A stretch of 64,000 nt of DNA from Acidobacteriota bacterium (GTDB taxonomy: Bacteria > Acidobacteriota > CAIWXX01), in NCBI GenBank assembly GCA_040755995.1, contig JBFMAF010000028.1, forward strand, positions 152,221-216,220, given 5' to 3'. Every line of letters starts with the position of its first letter. Within the stretch, counting starts at the first letter, position 1. Both the position numbers and the translations under genes were made by a program. Shown in pieces: positions 1-12,199 of this stretch. The notes under the pieces are model-generated. The model was not told where the DNA came from. It did not search any database and saw only the letters and a list, made by a program, of their open reading frames with translations.

Positions 1-184
1 CCGCCTTATCGCCGGATCAGGGGGCTTCCGCGATCCCTCCCCCGGCCCTTGAACCTTCTCGCCCTTGCCCGCTCTGGCACCCCGCGGCCCGGGGGACCCC
101 TTGCGAGATCAGAAATCGGGTGCTCTCGGTCCACGAACACCGCCGGTCCCCCGCCGATGAAAGCGGTCCAGATAGGCCTATAAT

Positions 185-853
185 ATGCTAATGCGGTTTG
201 ATCTGGTTATCTTCGATCTGGACGGGACGCTGGTGGACTCGGTGGAGGACCTCCGCCAGAGCGTGAACCACACGATGCTGCTCGTGGGGTTTCAACCTGT
301 CTCTCGCGCTCAGCTCTGCGACTTCGTTGGGGACGGGGCGAGGATTCTCGTCACAAGATGCCTCGCCGCAACCCCCGGGCGTGGTCCACTGGATGAGGGT
401 CTGGTCGACGGTGCGTTCCGGCACTTCATCGCGCACTACTCCGCGCATCTACTCGATCATACCCGCCTGTATCCCGGCGTTGCCGAGACTCTGCCGGAGC
501 TCGCGCGGCGATCGAGACTGTGCGTGCTGAGCAACAAGAGCGAGGGCTTCTCGAGGAGGACGGTCGAGGGACTGGGGGTGTCGCAGTATTTTGGAAAAAT
601 CTTCGGCGGCGACAGCTTCCCAGTGAGGAAACCCGATCCGGCAGGTTTCGTGGAGATCATGCGCCGCCTCGCGGCCCATCCAGCCGGCTGCCTGGTCGTC
701 GGGGACTCACGGAATGACATCGCAGGGGGACGCGCGGCAGGCGCCCGGACCTGCGGGGTTCTATACGGCATCAAGCCGCTGGAGGTGAGACCCTCCGGGC
801 CAGACTACGTGGTGGACGCCTTCCCAAACCTGCTGGATATCATCGAGGGCTGA
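185..853 (+). CDS. gph: HAD-family hydrolase, phosphoglycolate phosphatase-like
   Basis: HAD motif I FDLDGTLVDS, motif II LSNK, KPDP, motif IV VGDSRNDI. True start may be ATG 191, 6 nt after TATAAT at 179-184. Confidence 0.85.
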   Translation: MLMRFDLVIFDLDGTLVDSVEDLRQSVNHTMLLVGFQPVSRAQLCDFVGDGARILVTRCLAATPGRGPLDEGLVDGAFRHFIAHYSAHLLDHTRLYPGVAETLPELARRSRLCVLSNKSEGFSRRTVEGLGVSQYFGKIFGGDSFPVRKPDPAGFVEIMRRLAAHPAGCLVVGDSRNDIAGGRAAGARTCGVLYGIKPLEVRPSGPDYVVDAFPNLLDIIEG

Positions 854-890
854 GTGGTGACCGTATCCTGCCGTGTCTGCCTCGGACGGC

Positions 891-1066
891 TTCACCCCAT
901 CTCCACGTCTCCACTGCTCGGCTTCTCCGATTCGCCGTTTCCCCGTTTCGCCGTTTCTCCGATTCCCCGGCTCTCCGTGTCTCCGTTTCTCCGTCTCTCC
1001 GGTTCTCCGTTTCGCCGGTTCCCCGGTTCCCGGTTTCTCCGGTTCTCCGTGTCTGCGCGGCTCCGC
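891..1066. repeat. Degenerate 8-bp tandem repeat array (22 units, consensus about TTCTCCGT)
   Basis: Units such as ttctccga/ttcgccgt/ttccccgt/ttctccgt stay in exact 8-nt register across this intergenic region. Confidence 0.85.
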
Positions 1067-1105
1067 GCCGGTGCCCGCCCCGCACGTAGTTCCACGAGTA
1101 GCTTT

Positions 1106-1133
1106 TGTAACCCGGCGGCCAGGCGGCGCGTAC
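1106..1133 (+). promoter_or_regulatory. Putative ECF sigma promoter (autoregulatory)
   Basis: TGTAAC-N17-CGTAC immediately upstream of an ECF sigma gene; matches the AAC/CGT ECF promoter pattern. Confidence 0.55.
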
Positions 1134-1145
1134 TCATTGTTGAAG

Positions 1146-1745
1146 ATGGACGGCGCCTTCGGTGAGATGGCCTTGAAGGAAGCGCCCGAGGCGTCGGTAG
1201 TCGGCGGATCGCTTGGAGAGCTCGCGAAGCGAGCGGCCAAGGACGACCAGGCTTTCCGGGAGCTCTACGAACGCATGAAGCGCCCCATCTACAATTTCTT
1301 GTACCGAATGGTAGGACACATGGGAGAAGCCGAGGAACTGATGCAGGACACGCTGCTGAAGGTCTATCGCAGCCTGGACCGGCTGAACGCCGAAGAGAAC
1401 TTCATGGCGTGGTCGTACACCATCGCGAGGAACACGGCCATCAGCCATCTGCGCAAGCGGCGGTGGGTCCCGCAGCCGTTGGAGCAGATGCCCGAGCCTG
1501 TATCGTCGGCGCGAGGGCACGAGGAGAAGGACGTGGAATCGGATCTGCAGCGGTTGCTGCTGGAGATCCCGCCGAGGTATCGTTCGCTGTTCATCATGGC
1601 TGTGATCGAACAGCGGGAATACCGCGAGATAGCGAAGGCGACCGGGAAATCTCTCGCGTCGGTCAAGGCGGACGTCCATCGTGCGCGAGAGATGATGCGA
1701 GACCGGTGGAAGAGGTATCGTGAAGGAACAGGGGTGGGGCGATGA
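1146..1745 (+). CDS. ECF RNA polymerase sigma-70 factor
   Basis: Region 2 (AFRELYERM..IYNFLYRM..AEELMQDT..WSYTIARN) and region 4 (YREIAKATGKSLASVKADVHRAR). Start is 1146 or 1167; the 873 extension only translates the repeat array. Confidence 0.9.
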   Translation: MDGAFGEMALKEAPEASVVGGSLGELAKRAAKDDQAFRELYERMKRPIYNFLYRMVGHMGEAEELMQDTLLKVYRSLDRLNAEENFMAWSYTIARNTAISHLRKRRWVPQPLEQMPEPVSSARGHEEKDVESDLQRLLLEIPPRYRSLFIMAVIEQREYREIAKATGKSLASVKADVHRAREMMRDRWKRYREGTGVGR

Positions 1746-2263
1746 ACTGCACTGAGATGCGGTCGGAACTCTCGGCTTATATCGACGGCGAGCTTTCTGC
1801 GACGGCCCGGACGGAGGTCGAGGCGCACTTGCAAGCATGCCAGGAGTGCCGCGGGGAGCTCGACTCGTTTCAGGCGATGGACCTGGACTTCCAGGAACAC
1901 TTGCCGAGGCTCGATCCCGATCCGTCGTTGTTTGTGCGCTTCCAGAGCATGCTTGACCGAGCCGTTCCGCGTCGCCTGTCGTGGTGGAAACTCGGATGGA
2001 TCACGGCGGCGACGGCCGCGGCGACGTTGATGGTGCTGCTGGGCGTGGGAGAGATTCGCGAGCGCCGTCAGACAGAGGCGCTGCTGCACCAGATAGACGC
2101 TTACCAGCAGCGCGTCCCGGTCCGGAACGTGTTCGCGCTTGGTCGGTATAACGAGGGCCGCAACCCGTTCGACTACCATGCGAGGCTGGCGCAGCGGCAC
2201 CCGTTCAAGGTCGCTGACAGCCAGCCCGTCGTCAACTCGGTTCCTCAGGGAGGTGAACGATGA
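1742..2263 (+). CDS. Zinc-finger (ZAS, zf-HC2) anti-sigma factor
   Basis: HLQACQEC motif, single TM segment, overlaps the sigma stop codon (ATGA). Confidence 0.85.
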   Translation: MNCTEMRSELSAYIDGELSATARTEVEAHLQACQECRGELDSFQAMDLDFQEHLPRLDPDPSLFVRFQSMLDRAVPRRLSWWKLGWITAATAAATLMVLLGVGEIRERRQTEALLHQIDAYQQRVPVRNVFALGRYNEGRNPFDYHARLAQRHPFKVADSQPVVNSVPQGGER

Positions 2264-3066
2264 TCAGAAAGGCTCTGGTAATGATGCTTGTGGCGCTAGG
2301 GCCTCTCGCGATGCCGCGGGTTTGGGCGGCGGACGATGCGGCGGGGGACCAGGAGCGAGCGAAGGTGGAGGAGGAACAGAAGCGAGCCGAGCAGGAGCGG
2401 GCGCGCGCCGAGGCCGAGGCGAAGAAGGCGGCAGAGGAGCAGAAGAAGCACGAGGCCGAGTTGAAGGCGGCTCAGGCGAAGGAGCAGCAGAGGAGGACCG
2501 AGGAACTGCGGCGGGTGCAGGAGCAGCTCCAGGCGGAGATGCAGTGGGTCCAGAAGGCTGCTGAGCAGGAGATTCGCCGGGCGCAGGAGGAGATGAAGCA
2601 TGCCCAGGAGATCGGGCGTGTGCATCTGATCGAGCCCTGGGGCAATCCTTGGGAGCAGGACAAGGAGTTCGACAAAATCCGGGTGCTCTTCGATATGGCC
2701 GAAGCGCAGCATGAGATCGTCATGATGATGATCGAGGACAACAGAATCGACGATGTGGTCAAGGAGACGCAGAAGATCATGCAGCTCGGGTTCCCAGATC
2801 GTTACGATCTGTTCCTGCTCAACGAGATCGACGAGGTAGTCGACAGGCTCGTGCAGAAGAGCCAGGACGACGCCGCCATCCGCGTGCTCGAGATCGGGAA
2901 GAACGCTCTGCGCCATCCCGAGGCGAAGGTGGGACTGCTGATGCAGGTGGCCAAGATCCATCGCAAGCACAAACGCAACGACCTCGCCATCCAGGCCTAC
3001 CGCGAGGCGATCTCGCTCAACCAGCGGCTGCTGACGGAGAAGGCACAGGAGAGCCCGAAGAAGTAG
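2260..3066 (+). CDS. Exported coiled-coil/TPR-like protein
   Basis: Signal peptide, E/Q/K/A-rich coiled coil, C-terminal TPR-like helices; translationally coupled to the anti-sigma gene. Confidence 0.7.
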   Translation: MIRKALVMMLVALGPLAMPRVWAADDAAGDQERAKVEEEQKRAEQERARAEAEAKKAAEEQKKHEAELKAAQAKEQQRRTEELRRVQEQLQAEMQWVQKAAEQEIRRAQEEMKHAQEIGRVHLIEPWGNPWEQDKEFDKIRVLFDMAEAQHEIVMMMIEDNRIDDVVKETQKIMQLGFPDRYDLFLLNEIDEVVDRLVQKSQDDAAIRVLEIGKNALRHPEAKVGLLMQVAKIHRKHKRNDLAIQAYREAISLNQRLLTEKAQESPKK

Positions 3067-3102
3067 GGAACGGTGCGGCGACTGCAGCCCGGTGGCGCTC
3101 GG

Positions 3103-3165
3103 GGCGGACGTGGAGACGCGGCGACACGGGGAATGGAAGAAACGGGAAAAGGAGAGGGGGAGAGG
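3103..3165. repeat. Degenerate 8-bp repeats, reverse complement of the 891-1066 family
   Basis: tggagacg cggcgaca cggggaat ggaagaaa cgggaaaa ggagaggg between convergent genes. Confidence 0.55.
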
Positions 3166-3230
3166 CCAGCGCCGAATCCCGCGGGTACTCGATTGTGCCG
3201 CGACGCCCGGCTTCGTACCAAGGCGGGGAT

Positions 3231-3896
3231 TTAGATGAGGCCCAGCTCGCGGCAGGCGACAAGCATCGGGGGGCGTTGCCAGAGCCAATCAACCTTGAGC
3301 CGAAACCCCGGGAGCACCCTCGAGTGGTAGACACCTTCTGCATCGACCGGGGATGCGCGATAGTGGCCCCTTTCATCTAACTCGTAGAACTCGACCTCCT
3401 TCCGCCCAGGATCGATCAGCCAGTACTCCCTGACCCCTCCGCACTCGTATTCATAGAACTTGTCGCCCCTGTCGCGCCCGGCGCTCTCCTTGGACATCAC
3501 TTCGACAACAACGTCGGCTGGGCCTTGGAGGTATGACGGGTTGAGCCGGTCCATATGAGCCGCGGCGACGAAGAGCACGTCGGGCTCGCGCCCCACGTCT
3601 ACCAGCTTCATTTGAAACGGCGCCACCAGCACCTCACCTGCGTGATGCACCTGTGCGTACGCTGTGAGCACCGAACTGAGAAACTGGACGATCTGTTGGT
3701 GTTCCAGGCCCGCAGGGCTGTTCATGATCACCTCTCCTCGAACCCACTCTGTGCGACTATCCTCGCCGGCCCAATCTAGAAACTCCTCATAGGTCATGTC
3801 GGGTGGCCGACCGCCCTTCAGAAGAGCGTCGAGAATACTCCGGCGGAGCTCTTCGGGGAGCACGACTGCGGCTGAGGAGTCCGTTCTCTGCGCCAT
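3231..3896 (-). CDS. Uma2 family (DUF820) endonuclease-fold protein
   Basis: MTYEEFL..EWVRG..SPA..H, REPDVLFV, PADVVVEVMS..DRGDKFYEY..GVREYWLIDP. Confidence 0.9.
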   Translation of the reverse strand: MAQRTDSSAAVVLPEELRRSILDALLKGGRPPDMTYEEFLDWAGEDSRTEWVRGEVIMNSPAGLEHQQIVQFLSSVLTAYAQVHHAGEVLVAPFQMKLVDVGREPDVLFVAAAHMDRLNPSYLQGPADVVVEVMSKESAGRDRGDKFYEYECGGVREYWLIDPGRKEVEFYELDERGHYRASPVDAEGVYHSRVLPGFRLKVDWLWQRPPMLVACRELGLI

Positions 3897-3957
3897 GGCG
3901 GTATCCCTTTGCTCTCGATTATACCGGACGGTCTGGCCTGGCAGAAGCCCGGGTTTC

Positions 3958-5643
<1,686 letters not shown>

Positions 5644-5843
5644 GTCTCTCCTCCTCGCTCTGACTCGCGTATTATACCATGTGCGCCGAGTTCTGCCGGT
5701 GAGCCCTGATCCGCCGGGTGGAGTACCTCCATCTCGGAGCTCCGAGTAGCACCCTGGTTCAGGGGTCCGCCATCGACGTGAGACCAGGCGAGCTTCGCTG
5801 TCTGCACGGCCCGTGCCCGGCAGCCGCAGTTGGAACGTGAAGC

Positions 5844-8800
5844 TCACATATTCTCAATCTCGACGATGTGGACATCCCCATTGATGCATCCCGCTGCCAG
5901 GCGTCGGCCGCCCGGATGCCACGCCACGGAGCAGGGCTTGGTCTCGCTCCGATGCTCGGCCACCTCCCGACCGTCCTCCGGATCCAGTATCTTGAGATGC
6001 CTGTCGAACCCGGCGAAGGCCAGCCATCGACCGTCCGGCGAGAAAGCCAGGTCCAGGGCCAGGACCTTCTTGAGTGTCTCCAGCCTGAGCCTGCCAGTCT
6101 CGATCTCCCAAGTCCGAAGCATGACGTCGCGCTGGTGGGTGGCCTCGACCGCGGAAACAGCGGCCACGCGCGCTCCATCGGGCGAGATGGCGGAGGCGAA
6201 CACGGGCTCGCGCTTGTTGATCAGACGGAACCGCTCCGCCCCCGAGGCCACATCCCAGATTCGAAGAGTGCCGTCATAGGAACCGGAGACAAGGCTGCGG
6301 CCGTCCGGCGCGTAGCGCAAAGTAGTGATCCAGCTCTGGTGCCCTCGCAATTCGCGCGCCTCCGCGCCCTGCTCGATCGCACGAATCCGGACGATCCCGT
6401 CGTCGGAGCCCGATGCGACCCAAGCCCCGTCAGGCGAAATGGCGCAGGCGCGGACGGGACAGGTCACGTCCTGCCAAGTCCACTCTTCTTGGTACTTCCG
6501 CAGGTCCCATACGCGGAGCGCACCGTCTTCGCTGGCTGAAACGAGCCGTTTGCCGTCGGGAGTGATCGCCGCGCCGTAGACTTTCTTCGAATCGCCACCT
6601 CGAATCAATCCCTCTTCGCCGGCGGTTGCCAGCCGCCCGCCTTCGTGTGTCGCGGCACCGTCTTCGACCGTGCCCCGATCGGCCGCCGGGAGCGTGGCCA
6701 GAAGCTTCTCGGTCAACGTATCCCAAATTCTGATTGTCCCGTCCCAGGATGCGGTGACCAATCGGGTTCCGCCGGCCAAGAACTGGACCCCACACGCGTG
6801 CCCTTTGTGAGCTCCCAGCAGGGGGGACGAACGAACAGGTGCGGTGGTGTGCGCGGCCCGAACCGCAGCCGCGATGTCCCAGAGGCAGACCGTCATGTCT
6901 GTCGAGGCCGAGACCGCACGACGGCCGTCGGGGTGAGCAGCACATGCGCTGACCCAGAAGGAGTGTCCCCTGAGAGTCGCGAGCTCCTCACCGCTCCCAG
7001 AGTCCCAAACCTTGAGCCGTGCATCCCACGACCCGGCCGAGAGGATCCATCTCTCATCATTGAGAAAGACGCAGGCATTGACGCCGCCGGTGTGACCTGT
7101 AGCGATCCTTAGCGCATCGCCCGAATCGAGGTTCCAGACTCGCAGCGTCTCATCGGCTGCCGCCGTGAGAAGCCGGCGGCCGTCGCGGCTGAACGTGCAT
7201 GCCTTCACCTCACCCTCGTGACCGGTGAGCCGCGCCAGTTCGTGGCCGCTCCCAGCCTGGAGGATGACGACTTGGTGGAGTCGGCCGCCGCAAGCGATCC
7301 GCCGGCCGTCAGGAGAGAACGCGCAGGCGTAGAGGCCCATGTCGCGAGGACTGACATCGCAGATGATCTCACTGGTCGCCGAATCCCAAATAACCAGGCG
7401 CCCTTCCTCGCCGGCCGACGCGATGCGATGGCCATCGGGTGATACCGCGCATGCGTTCACTTGCCGAGCATGACTCCAAAGGGTGCGGCCGGCGGGGCCG
7501 GTGTCCAGATCCCAGATCCGCAGCGTCGAATCGTTGGACGCCGTGACGAGCCGCCGCCCATCTGGGAAGAATGCGCAGGCGGTGATTCCGCCTGTGTGCT
7601 GCCTGTGTTCGTGGAGAAGCGCGCCAGTCTCGGCATCCCACAGAAGCAGATGTCCGCTGTCGGTCCCGGCTGCGATGATCCGGCCGTCAGGGGATAGTGC
7701 ACACGAGAGGAAGCCCATGGAGCCCAGAAACCGCATGACCAGGGCGCTGTGGCCGGCCTGGGGCTTGTTCAGCCAGCGAACCCAAGGGCGGCGTTCACGT
7801 CCACAGCGGGTTCTCTCGCGAGCGGCCACGGCCAGTGGCGAGTCGTCGGGCTCATTGGCGGCCATCGAGAAGAGCAGATTCGGACGGATGGCGAGAATGT
7901 GGCTTCTTGATTGTATGAACCGGGCGAACGCCGCCAACCGGGCGCGCGCCGACTCGGGCCAATCGGGCCGTGCCAAGGCTGCGTTGAAATCGGCTACGAG
8001 GGCGAAGGCGAGCCCCGCCGCGCATTTCGCTTCGAGGAACTCGAGGTCGCCGAGGAGGGAGACTGCCTCATCTCTCAGGTCCGCACTCAAGAGGTGGGCC
8101 AGAAGGTGGCTCAGGGCGTAGGGATCGCACCGGCCGTGGCCGAAATCGGCGAGTAGCCTCTCCCCGATTCGGCGGTCGCCGGCAGCGCGGTCGACGCGGT
8201 AGCGGCGGCTTCGGCCGGCCACTCCGGAGAGCCAGTCAGCGATCGATTTGTGGAACGGCCGATAGCGCCCGTCGCGCTCGGGGAAGAAGGCAGCCAATTG
8301 TTCCAAGTCGGACGCCACGGCGAAAGGCGAGCGGTCCAGGAAACGGGCAACTTGTTCGGCCGAGAGCGGTTCGCGTGCTGCGGTCAGAACTTCGAGGAGG
8401 GGACGGATCGCGTCATAGCCTCTTCCCTCAGGGAAGGCCCGGGCGAAGAATCCCTGGTAGATCCCCACCAGTCCTTCGGGGAATGCGGACACGGCAGAAG
8501 GGTCGATCTGCCCCGACTCGACGGCGGCAACGGCCTGGGTGACGTAGAGGAAATTGCCCGAGCCACCCGTGGCGATTCGCGTGGCCAGCGCTGCGGCGTC
8601 GGCACCGGCCCCGCGAAGGCGTTCCGCCAGAGCCGGCTCGGCGAGACGCCGGCTGAGGTATACGCGGATGTCCTCGAGATTCTCGGTGCGGGCAGCATCT
8701 ATCTCGTGAGGCCGGAATCGGCTGAACAGGTCGAGGATCTGCGGCTCCTTGCGGGTGCTCAGCACCAACCGCAGCCAGGTGGGCAGGTCTTCCAATCGCT

Positions 8801-9719
8801 CGGCCAGCAGCCTGGCGATGTGGCGTGAGCCGTACGCCATGCCTTCATCCAGGGCGTCCACAGCGAGAATAAGCGTCTCATGCTGCAGCTCGGCCCTCAG
8901 TGGATCGAGAACGACTCGTCGCAGCAACGATCCAGGATCGCCGTCTGCCAAGGCGTCCAGGTCCAGCGCCTCCAGGGCGGTCCGGTAGCCGGGCAGCTGC
9001 GTGCGCAGCTGGGCTGCGATCGAACGCACGAACCGCACGGGGTCCAGCGAGTCGGCCAGGCTTGCAGCGCACAGGTGGTAGGCGGCTACTCGCGGGTGGT
9101 GTTCCACCAACCAGGCGACGATGGCCGACTTGCCCGTGCCGGGGTCGCCTGTTATGAGGAAGACACGACTACTGCCGTTGTCGGCAAGCCAGGTGGAGAG
9201 TTCCGCAAGAAGCCAGTCGCGACCTGTGAAGCCGCGGGCCAACCGGGCCAGTTCCGCGCCGAAGTCCAGTGGCCTGAGGCGCGCAAGCGGGGCCGCAGTG
9301 ACTCCTTCGATGCTCGGCGCGGACGCAGCGAGCGAATCGAGTAATCGCTGCAGGGCCCGCTCGTAGCGACCCGCGGCCGTCCAGTCCTGGAAGTCGATCC
9401 AGTCCAGGCGGTAGATCCCGAGGGGCGGGCGGCACTGGAGCACCATCACCGGGATGATGCGTCGCCCGTTATAGCGGGCGAGGCTGATCTCGTCGAGACA
9501 CACGCCGTCGGGGCGCCGTACGGCGTGGGGCGAGAGAAGCGCCACGAACACGTCGCACCCCATAATGGCCCCCTCGATCTGCTCCTCCCAGGAGCGCCCC
9601 GCAGTAATCGCGCGGCTGTCAAGCCAGACGATGTGGCTGCGCCCAGCAAGGTCGGTAGCCAGCCGTGCGGCCAGCTCCTGCGCGTCCGCCCGCCCGTAGC
9701 TCATGAACACGCGCATCAT
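5844..9719 (-). CDS. TIR - STAND/NACHT-like NTPase - WD40 repeat protein (NLR-like)
   Basis: [30 protein letters not shown]. Walker A GDPGTGKS, Walker B LAVDALDE. About 12 WD repeats (GH..V.AC.FSPDG....S.D.TLR.WD). ATG 9719 after AGGAGG. Confidence 0.9.
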   Translation of the reverse strand: MMRVFMSYGRADAQELAARLATDLAGRSHIVWLDSRAITAGRSWEEQIEGAIMGCDVFVALLSPHAVRRPDGVCLDEISLARYNGRRIIPVMVLQCRPPLGIYRLDWIDFQDWTAAGRYERALQRLLDSLAASAPSIEGVTAAPLARLRPLDFGAELARLARGFTGRDWLLAELSTWLADNGSSRVFLITGDPGTGKSAIVAWLVEHHPRVAAYHLCAASLADSLDPVRFVRSIAAQLRTQLPGYRTALEALDLDALADGDPGSLLRRVVLDPLRAELQHETLILAVDALDEGMAYGSRHIARLLAERLEDLPTWLRLVLSTRKEPQILDLFSRFRPHEIDAARTENLEDIRVYLSRRLAEPALAERLRGAGADAAALATRIATGGSGNFLYVTQAVAAVESGQIDPSAVSAFPEGLVGIYQGFFARAFPEGRGYDAIRPLLEVLTAAREPLSAEQVARFLDRSPFAVASDLEQLAAFFPERDGRYRPFHKSIADWLSGVAGRSRRYRVDRAAGDRRIGERLLADFGHGRCDPYALSHLLAHLLSADLRDEAVSLLGDLEFLEAKCAAGLAFALVADFNAALARPDWPESARARLAAFARFIQSRSHILAIRPNLLFSMAANEPDDSPLAVAARERTRCGRERRPWVRWLNKPQAGHSALVMRFLGSMGFLSCALSPDGRIIAAGTDSGHLLLWDAETGALLHEHRQHTGGITACAFFPDGRRLVTASNDSTLRIWDLDTGPAGRTLWSHARQVNACAVSPDGHRIASAGEEGRLVIWDSATSEIICDVSPRDMGLYACAFSPDGRRIACGGRLHQVVILQAGSGHELARLTGHEGEVKACTFSRDGRRLLTAAADETLRVWNLDSGDALRIATGHTGGVNACVFLNDERWILSAGSWDARLKVWDSGSGEELATLRGHSFWVSACAAHPDGRRAVSASTDMTVCLWDIAAAVRAAHTTAPVRSSPLLGAHKGHACGVQFLAGGTRLVTASWDGTIRIWDTLTEKLLATLPAADRGTVEDGAATHEGGRLATAGEEGLIRGGDSKKVYGAAITPDGKRLVSASEDGALRVWDLRKYQEEWTWQDVTCPVRACAISPDGAWVASGSDDGIVRIRAIEQGAEARELRGHQSWITTLRYAPDGRSLVSGSYDGTLRIWDVASGAERFRLINKREPVFASAISPDGARVAAVSAVEATHQRDVMLRTWEIETGRLRLETLKKVLALDLAFSPDGRWLAFAGFDRHLKILDPEDGREVAEHRSETKPCSVAWHPGGRRLAAGCINGDVHIVEIENM

Positions 9720-10333
9720 GCCACCTCCTGCGCTCCCCCGGCCCAATCGACTTCGGGTTCCAAGATGTCCCGCTCTCAAGGGGGCCGTCTTGACGACAGT
9801 CAACTCTCACGGACGCCATTATCCCGTGCTGACCACCATCCTGCAAGGTGTGCCTAACAGTTTTGGGGGCGGTCGGCTGCCCACCATCGACAACACACGA
9901 CAAAGCCCGATGCCCGGGCCGAATTCCGTGGCCGTTGGCGTTACCCGACGCCGCGTTGCGCGTGTTCCTTCGCTCGAAGAGAAGAGGTACCCCCATTTCC
10001 GTTAAGCACCATCCTGCGAGCATACACCAGAATCTGGCGGCAAGTCTGGAGCATCGGTGAGTGCGGAGTCGTTGTGCCGGCCGTCACCCGATGCCCATGA
10101 TCTCGGCGATGACCCCCCGGGCGACATCCTCCAAGTGAGCGATGCCCTCCGCCACGGCCGCCGTTCCTTTCAGCGTCTTGCCTACCAGTTCAAGCCGCTG
10201 TACGTTGGCGAAGAGAAGCTTGTGGATCGGCACTGCGGTCTTTCGCCAACCCCACGCGACCTCGGTCTGGAGGAACCCCCCGAAGGCCTGCAATCGGGCT
10301 GCCAGCGTCTCGGAGCCCCAAAGGCGCATTCTG

Positions 10334-10411
10334 GTTGAGTAACCACGTTGAGTTATCTACGGATCGGTTGTTGAGATTACCCAACTCTGGTAGTATGGAT
10401 GCGAACTCAAC
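10334..10411. promoter_or_regulatory. Cluster of WACTCAAC/GTTGAGTW motifs upstream of the bEBP gene
   Basis: GTTGAGTA 10334, GTTGAGTT 10347, GTTGAGAT 10370, AACTCAAC 10404. Confidence 0.45.
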
Positions 10412-10426
10412 GATCAAGAGGAGCAT

Positions 10427-12112
10427 ATGGGTACTCGAGCACTGCAGTGTGTGGCCGGTGCAAACGCCGTCGTGGTGTCTCGTGCCGAGCTGGAAACGGA
10501 CTCGGTGCAGGCATTCGCCGGCGTGAAAGAACAGGAAGGTCCCGTGGCCTATCTCGTCCGCAACGAGGACCTGCCGTTGTTGCGTTCGTTCAAGGACCTG
10601 GTGGTTGATCGAGGTAGCAAGCACGAAGCCAGACCTCTCTCTAAGCTGCTGCTCCGGTGTTCCAAGATGCCCGTGGTACTAGGCGGCTTTTCCGCGTCGG
10701 GGCAGCTGAAGCGGAGCGTCAGAAGGGTGCTGCATAATGCCACGAAGGCGAACGATCGGAACGTGTACCTGGTGGGGGTGGAGCGGGCGATCTTCGAAGA
10801 GCTGTGGGACGAGGCCAGGCCGGAGGCGGGCGCTGGAGCCACGGCGACTCCACAAGGGGCGGTGAGAAGCCGGGCGGCGGAGGCCGCCTTGACACCTCAG
10901 GCCACAACGTCCGCCCGCACTCTCCTGGAGCTGCTGCCCCGCACAGAGGTCCCCGCAGAACTGGAGAAGCGGTTCGTCGGCAGGTCGATCGAGGCTCAGG
11001 TGGTCCACCGGCTGGTCATGCACGCGGCACGGTCGGGTCATCCCGTGCTCATCATAGGAGATACCGGCACCGGCAAGGAGGTCGTGGCCCGCTGCATCCA
11101 CGACTACAGCAACCGCACTGGGTTCACGCCGGTCAACTGCGGCGCTATCCCGAGCGAGCTGCTGGAGACCGTGCTCTTCGGGAACAAGGGTAGGGTCTTT
11201 ACGGGAGCGGATCGGGAGCGAAATGGATTATGGAAAGAGGCGGGTAAGGGCACCCTCTTCCTGGACGAGATTGCGGATCTGCGTTTGGACCATCAGGTCA
11301 AGATTCTGCGCGCGATAGAGACCAAGAAGATCAGACCGCTGGGGGCGAGAGATGAGATCGACGTCCCGGCGCGGGTGATCGTCGCGAGCAACCGCGATCT
11401 CTTCTCGCTGGTTCAGTCGGGGTTGTTCCGGGAAGATCTTTACTATCGCCTCCGTACCTTCATGATCCGCACGCCGTCGCTGCGAGATTGTGCCGAGGAC
11501 ATTCCACTGATTGCTGATTTCCTGTGGAAGCGGGTGACGGGTGACGAACGGGCAGCCCTCCCCGAACCGATCTTGGCGGAGCTGGGGTCGCATGGTTGGC
11601 CGGGGAACGTGCGAGAGCTCAAGGCGATTCTCGCGAATCTCAACTCATTGTTCGGAAAGGACCGTCTTCGGGTCGACCACCTTCGAGCGACAATCGGGCT
11701 GCAGGGCAGCCGGCCGGCACGTGGCGCCGGTGAGGACGAGATCGGCCTCCACCGCGTCCAGTGCCTCCGTCACCTGAAGCGGGTTGACGAGGTGGTACGC
11801 GCGAGCAAGGTAGCGCTGAGGCCGCTGGTGGAGCCGAAGCGGCAGGATCCCGAGAGCATCGCCTCGGTTCGAGTCGCCTTGCGTCACCGCCTGGACGAAC
11901 TCGAGGTCCTATGCATGCACCCGCTCCTGTTCAGCAGCGAGGTCGCGTTTTCGATCGTGCATCGTCTCAAAGGCAAGCTGGCTTACTACGACAGCCTCCT
12001 CGAGACTGGCGCCACGAATGCCCTGCGCTACTGGAGGCGGGAGGCGGCCGAGGAGTACAAGCTGGCCGTCTCGACGCTCTTCCAGGAAGTCAATCGCCTG
12101 ACCAAGATGTGA
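10427..12112 (+). CDS. Atypical sigma54-interacting AAA+ transcriptional regulator
   Basis: GDTGTGKE, VNCGAIP, LFGNKGRVFTGA (GAFTGA variant), LFLDEI, FREDLYYRL, WPGNVREL. No receiver domain and no evident Fis-type HTH. Confidence 0.85.
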   Translation: MGTRALQCVAGANAVVVSRAELETDSVQAFAGVKEQEGPVAYLVRNEDLPLLRSFKDLVVDRGSKHEARPLSKLLLRCSKMPVVLGGFSASGQLKRSVRRVLHNATKANDRNVYLVGVERAIFEELWDEARPEAGAGATATPQGAVRSRAAEAALTPQATTSARTLLELLPRTEVPAELEKRFVGRSIEAQVVHRLVMHAARSGHPVLIIGDTGTGKEVVARCIHDYSNRTGFTPVNCGAIPSELLETVLFGNKGRVFTGADRERNGLWKEAGKGTLFLDEIADLRLDHQVKILRAIETKKIRPLGARDEIDVPARVIVASNRDLFSLVQSGLFREDLYYRLRTFMIRTPSLRDCAEDIPLIADFLWKRVTGDERAALPEPILAELGSHGWPGNVRELKAILANLNSLFGKDRLRVDHLRATIGLQGSRPARGAGEDEIGLHRVQCLRHLKRVDEVVRASKVALRPLVEPKRQDPESIASVRVALRHRLDELEVLCMHPLLFSSEVAFSIVHRLKGKLAYYDSLLETGATNALRYWRREAAEEYKLAVSTLFQEVNRLTKM

Positions 12113-12199
12113 GCGGGTGTACTGGAAGCGGTATGGTCGCAGATGACCCCGCTGCGAAAGTCCAAGCCCCGTCACGTCGCTCCGCGACTCTTTGACGTC

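Noticed and set aside
1..160. Possible structured RNA (6S-like words CGGTGTTCGTG and GGTTCAA on the minus strand)
   Set aside because: Could not establish the expected long pairing by eye; needs an Infernal/Rfam search.
891..1066. CRISPR array or coding repeat
   Set aside because: Period is 8 nt with no unique spacers; overlapping ORFs are low-complexity translations.
5700..5770. Imperfect inverted repeat as MITE or cobalamin riboswitch
   Set aside because: Single copy in the window, no B12-box, and it lies upstream of the mutase -10 element.
10084..10329. 81-aa minus-strand ORF
   Set aside because: Protein-like but no recognisable motif or RBS; cannot be supported.
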